Source: an uncultured candidate division Zixibacteria bacterium
GTDB lineage: Bacteria > Zixibacteria > MSB-5A5 > UBA10806
Assembly (NCBI GenBank): GCA_963817915.1
Contig: CAWFQL010000010.1
Span: 29,889 to 93,888, forward strand
DNA length: 64,000 bases
Direction: 5' to 3'
In this document: positions 60,121-64,000 of the stretch, piece after piece
How positions within the stretch are numbered: the first letter of the stretch is position 1
Layout: each line of letters opens with the position of its first letter
Notes under the pieces: model-generated
Database searches by the model: none
Seen by the model: only the letters and a program-made list of their open reading frames with translations
What the model was told of the DNA's origin: nothing
Position numbers and translations under genes: made by a program

Positions 60121-60292
60121 CAATTCCATACCCGGTCAGTCTATGATAGTCTAATGCAAAAGGCAAGTATCAGGGGCATGCCAGCATATAATTGGTCATT
60201 AATAGACGTAATCACTCTGCATCGGATGCGGTAATAGTAAACCGTGATTCGCGGGACGCCCATCGGTCGGGTGCGGAGACCCGACCGCACTT
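60121..60292. repeat. ~180-bp direct repeat copy 2 (duplicated tauE start/leader, creating a 13-codon pseudo-start ORF)
   Basis: Near-identical to 59811-59992, including the ATGGAATTGCTT start (minus strand), here followed by a short ORF MELLSKCGRVSVPDR*. Spacer and tail contain the related hairpins GGTCGGGTacggagACCCGACC and GTCACGGcaagCCGTGAC (twice). Confidence 0.85.
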
Positions 60293-60355
60293 ACGATAAT
60301 GAGGTTAATCGCTCAGCGCCGGATGCGGTCACGGCAAGCCGTGACTCGCAGGAAC

Positions 60356-62017
60356 TCAGCGAGATACCAGGACGTCCGCATATTTTTTTGAATCGGAGAG
60401 AATCTCGAGTGCGTTTTTCATTTCAGGCTGAGTGATCACATAATCAGGATCGTATAACGCATTCTCGCCGATGGAAATGGACACAATTGAATCGTGAAGA
60501 TGCCTGGCAATGAGGGAACGGTTGGAATCAAATTGGTGTAATTCTATTGAATTGATCTTTGCGTCAATAGTCTGGAGTGCTTTCATAACATCGCTGCTTG
60601 AATTATTAAGCCCTTGTTCGAGGCGATTCAAAGATTGCCTTCTATCGTCACAGTATTTAAAGCCTCGTTTGACCAGGAAATTTTTGAAATCGTCAATTAC
60701 AGATTCGCTGACTTTGAAACGAGAATCGACCTTATGCGAATCATCATATTCGCAGGCAAAATCGAAAAACAATGATCCCCTGATAAGTGAATCAACATAG
60801 GGCGTGTTATTTTCGCTTTCGATGAAGATATCGGGGATAATCCCTCCACCACCGATAACGGGTCGTCCCGAATCTGTAAGATAAAGGCTGTCGGATGGCT
60901 GATCATTGGGGTTATCCAGTAATTCGAATGATGACCAATCGGGTTTTTGCAGACATCGACCTGATGGCAAATAGTATTTCGCGGTGGTCAACTTCAGAGC
61001 GGAATCATCGGAAAATTGAAGAACTTGCTGAACAAGCCCCTTGCCGTATGTAGCAGATCCAATGATTACTCCGCGATCATGATCCTGAAGAGTACCCGCG
61101 ACAATTTCGGCGGCGCTGGCCGTTTGGCCGTCAACAAGGATGGCGAGGCTGCCAAAGGGAAATATCGGAAAACCGGTGGATGAGTATATGCTGGTGATGG
61201 AATCATTTTTCCCGCGTGTTTCGACAATATCTGTATTATCGGGAAGGAAAATTCCGGCGATTTCAACCGCTTCAATCAGAAGGCCGCCGGGGTTGCCGCG
61301 CAGATCGAGAATCAAGGATTTCATGCCCTTTTTCTTTAGCTCCCTGATCGCTTTCTTCATTTCGATAGAACAACCCTCGGAGAATTTCGCCAGACGGATA
61401 TATCCAATATTTTCGTCGATCATTTCGGATATGTTTACAGCCTTGATTTCGACCCTATCCCTGGCGACTTCCAAGACCAACTCGCCTTTATTGGGTCTAT
61501 CGATTTTTATTTTAACTGTGCTTCCGGCCGGTCCCCGAAGAAGCATTTTGATTTCCTTAATATTTTTGCCAATAATAGGTTTATTATCAATCGAGATAAT
61601 ACGATCGGCTGTTTTGAGACCGTTATGGGCCGCCGGGGCATTTTCTTGTACTGATACTACTGTCAGGGTATCGTGATGCAATTCCAATCCGACACCGATA
61701 CCATCAAATTGGCCATCGGTCTCCTGCTTGAGATAGAGAAAATCGGGGCCATCGAGAAATTTTGAATATTGATCGAGACCGGAAAGCATGCCATCGATGC
61801 CCGACCTTATTAATTTGGTTTCATCGATATCTTCTATATAATTGCTGCTGACCATCAAGGCCACGCGGTCAAACAGCCTGATATTATCGTAAAGCTCATC
61901 CGATGACGACCAGGTGGAACCGACAGCAAGGCTGGCTAAGATTATTACTGTCACCGGCCATCCATATTTGCTTAAGATCCTGATGAAATTTGATCTATTT
62001 ATCATAATTTTCCCCAA
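60356..62017 (-). CDS. ctpA: S41 family carboxyl-terminal processing protease (PDZ + peptidase S41)
   Basis: 553 aa; signal/TM anchor; PDZ domain; S41 core LILDLRGNPGGLL; catalytic Ser/Lys region. Confidence 0.85.
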   Translation of the reverse strand: MGKIMINRSNFIRILSKYGWPVTVIILASLAVGSTWSSSDELYDNIRLFDRVALMVSSNYIEDIDETKLIRSGIDGMLSGLDQYSKFLDGPDFLYLKQETDGQFDGIGVGLELHHDTLTVVSVQENAPAAHNGLKTADRIISIDNKPIIGKNIKEIKMLLRGPAGSTVKIKIDRPNKGELVLEVARDRVEIKAVNISEMIDENIGYIRLAKFSEGCSIEMKKAIRELKKKGMKSLILDLRGNPGGLLIEAVEIAGIFLPDNTDIVETRGKNDSITSIYSSTGFPIFPFGSLAILVDGQTASAAEIVAGTLQDHDRGVIIGSATYGKGLVQQVLQFSDDSALKLTTAKYYLPSGRCLQKPDWSSFELLDNPNDQPSDSLYLTDSGRPVIGGGGIIPDIFIESENNTPYVDSLIRGSLFFDFACEYDDSHKVDSRFKVSESVIDDFKNFLVKRGFKYCDDRRQSLNRLEQGLNNSSSDVMKALQTIDAKINSIELHQFDSNRSLIARHLHDSIVSISIGENALYDPDYVITQPEMKNALEILSDSKKYADVLVSR

Positions 62018-62167
62018 TATCAGAACACGATTAGTGATACTTCCATCAATATCGACATGAAATTGAGGATTAATATGAAGGTATATTGCTAATAATTTAG
62101 CGGCGTTTCAGTATGGAAATTCGGGCGGAAGAATAAGATAAAATTACGGTAAATTGACCAATATATT

Positions 62168-62804
62168 CTATTTCAACAGCTTATCAACTCTCGTACAGAT
62201 TTTTTTGGCAATCTGGTCTATATTATCCGAAGCTTCGATGACAAGGAATCTGTCTTTTTCTTTTTCGGCAATTTCGAGAAAACCATCCTGCACTTTTTTC
62301 CTGAATGTGACAAATTCCTGCTCAGTGCGATCATCGAATAAAGTAGGGGCCAATCGTTTCATTGTCTTTTTTGATTCACCGTTGGCGATATAAAGCAGAA
62401 TTGTCAAATCCGGGACAATATTTTCGGTCGCTATGGAATTGATAGCCTGCACCGAATTTAGATCGATGCCCGCGACCGTAACCCTGATACGCAGTGGAGG
62501 AATCATAATATCTATCAGCAATCACGATTTTACCATTCTGAAGCTCAGGCTTGATGGTTTCATTGACAAGTTGGGCGCGGCTGGCGGAATACAGCAAAAA
62601 TTCGGTCAGGGGACAGATTTTGCCTTTTAAAGAGGCATCTGCAAGGATATCTCTTATCCGTTCGGATATCGCTGTCGAGCCAGGTTCCCTCACCAATACC
62701 GGATCGAGTCCCTTGGACGTAAGATGGGAAATAAGTCGTTCCACTTGTGTGGATTTCCCCACCTTATCGAGACCCTCGAAACTTATCAGAATTCCCTTAT
62801 TCAT
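62168..62804 (-). CDS. tmk: thymidylate kinase, one frameshift in a G3 run (~62470)
   Basis: N-terminal ORF 62376..62804 (ILISFEGLDKVGKST P-loop ... DRYYDSSTAYQGYGRG) and C-terminal ORF 62168..62521 (IDLNSVQAINSIATENIVPDLTILLY...). Reading CGCGGC instead of CGCGGGC restores GYGRGIDLNSV. Confidence 0.8.
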
Positions 62805-63694
62805 ACTTTCGATTCTAATGTCATTTTCATTTTAATAATTGTCATCGTAATCGCCAATATAATGATAATCCCACCAAAAATCGTGCTTAAAGTAGGCATT
62901 TCCGAAAAAATCAGCATTGCCCAAATTGAGGCCAGAATAGGTTCGCCAAGGATCGACATACCCACCGGGAACGCGGGAAGATGGCGCAAGGCGTAATTGT
63001 AAAGGTTGTGGCCGAGAATTGTCGGCCCTAACGCCATAAGGAAGAAAAACCAGTAGTCGTTATTATTCGATGGAAGGCGGAAATTGGAGAATAGTAATCC
63101 CAGAATCAGAAGTACTATGGCTGAGACGCTATAGACTACCATTACATAAGGGATAAGGTCCACCCTTCGTCGTACGAATCTCCCAATGAAAAGATATGAT
63201 CCGGCAAAAACTGCTCCTAAAATTGCAAGTATGTCACCTTTTAAATGTATAGAGTCTATTCGTAAATCGCCACTGGCAACCAGGTAACTGCCAATCATGG
63301 CAAGTACTACAGCGATTATTCCAATTATGCCGATCCGCTCACGAAGCACCATGAAGCCGAGAATCGCCACGAATATGGGTTGAGTGGTGACCAGAACCAC
63401 AGATGATGAGATCGATGTCATGGACAATGACGCGATCCAGGTGAAAAAATGAAGTCCGAGGAGAATCCCGGAAAGTACTGAAATCATTAAATCGGATTTC
63501 TTGGAAAACCATTGTTTTTTATAGAATGGGAGCGCGAAGGAAATCATTATAGCGGAAAAAAACATCCTAAAAAAAGCGATTGTGGTGGAATCAGAGCTGC
63601 ACATGCGGACAAGAATCGACGCCCAACTTACGAAAAATACGCCAATCAATAAAACGATTGCGCCAAATTGGGGAGATATTTTGGAAATACTCAC
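62801..63694 (-). CDS. EamA/DMT family transporter
   Basis: 297 aa; 10 TM segments and two EamA-like repeats. Confidence 0.75.
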   Translation of the reverse strand: MSISKISPQFGAIVLLIGVFFVSWASILVRMCSSDSTTIAFFRMFFSAIMISFALPFYKKQWFSKKSDLMISVLSGILLGLHFFTWIASLSMTSISSSVVLVTTQPIFVAILGFMVLRERIGIIGIIAVVLAMIGSYLVASGDLRIDSIHLKGDILAILGAVFAGSYLFIGRFVRRRVDLIPYVMVVYSVSAIVLLILGLLFSNFRLPSNNNDYWFFFLMALGPTILGHNLYNYALRHLPAFPVGMSILGEPILASIWAMLIFSEMPTLSTIFGGIIIILAITMTIIKMKMTLESKV

Positions 63695-63701
63695 GTTCTT
63701 T

Positions 63702-64000
63702 TCAGGCCAGCGGCTGAGATATAACTATCGAGATATTGTCTGGGTCTTTGATCTTGAAAATTCTATAACCCCACGGCATATCTTGCGGTTTGCCGGAGAT
63801 TTTGACGCCTGAATCCGATAGTCTCTTATATAGAATATCGATATCGTGAACTTCGAAGAAAATATCGATCTTGTCGCGCTGGGGTATATAATTGCTTTCC
63901 TCAAGGCCGATACCGGAAGGCTGCCAGAGAATTTCAATGAAACCAGTTCCTGTATTAAAAATCGCGCCCCAACTATCCTGCCTCTGCCACGATGATGAAA
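63702..64000 (-). CDS. VOC/glyoxalase-family protein, N-terminus beyond window end
   Basis: Minus-strand frame open to the window edge: ..GFIEILWQPSGIGLEESNYIPQRDKIDIFFEVHDIDILYKRLSDSGVKISGKPQDMPWGYRIFKIKDPDNISIVISQPLA* (glyoxalase/bleomycin-resistance fold); stop at 63702-63704. Confidence 0.55.
   Translation of the reverse strand, partial: SSSWQRQDSWGAIFNTGTGFIEILWQPSGIGLEESNYIPQRDKIDIFFEVHDIDILYKRLSDSGVKISGKPQDMPWGYRIFKIKDPDNISIVISQPLA

Noticed and set aside
59811-60355. CRISPR array (direct repeats with hairpins)
   Set aside because: Only two copies of a ~180-bp unit that includes a gene start; repeat length and count are incompatible with CRISPR, and there are no cas genes.

Overview
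This 64-kb window looks like a low-GC chromosomal segment from an uncultivated T9SS-bearing (FCB-group-like) bacterium. It is dominated by minus-strand housekeeping and polysaccharide genes, described here in plus-strand order (left to right; most genes are on the minus strand).

- **Left end:** a DUF2723 membrane protein (truncated) and a methyltransferase, then a complete FMN-riboswitch-controlled riboflavin operon (ribD-ribE-ribBA-ribH-nusB).
- **Secreted proteins:** a BNR/Asp-box protein with a T9SS C-terminal sorting domain.
- **DNA-damage cassette (plus strand):** DinB-like Y-family polymerase, DnaE2 error-prone polymerase and Tag glycosylase, behind a promoter carrying a perfect CTGCAC-N4-GTGCAG palindrome.
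- **Other genes in the first half:** MgtE, an aldo/keto reductase, a DUF3857/transglutaminase-like secreted pair, AccC plus BCCP, TenA, a DinB_2-like protein, a 2-oxoacid:ferredoxin oxidoreductase operon, and uvrB.
- **T9SS cargo duplication:** a tandem BNR–T9SS gene pair (second copy degraded) bounded by 35-bp direct repeats.
- **Long minus-strand operon:** serS, then a PorY-like histidine kinase and PorX-like REC-PglZ regulator, then tsaE-tsaB-rimI-accD-folC.
- **About 16-kb polysaccharide locus:** Wza, Wzz, WbpD/WbpE/WecB-like enzymes, glycosyltransferases, a PEP-CTERM-type deacetylase, and three unusual domain fusions.
- **Right end:** TauE, Ctp protease, Tmk, an EamA transporter and a truncated VOC protein.

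Two cross-cutting observations stand out. Intergenic regions carry families of perfect hairpin modules and short direct repeats, including duplicated gene 5' ends. At least nine genes are broken by single-base frameshifts (those localized are in or beside short homopolymer runs), which points to assembly indel errors rather than biology. No tRNA, rRNA, CRISPR array or obvious defense island was found.
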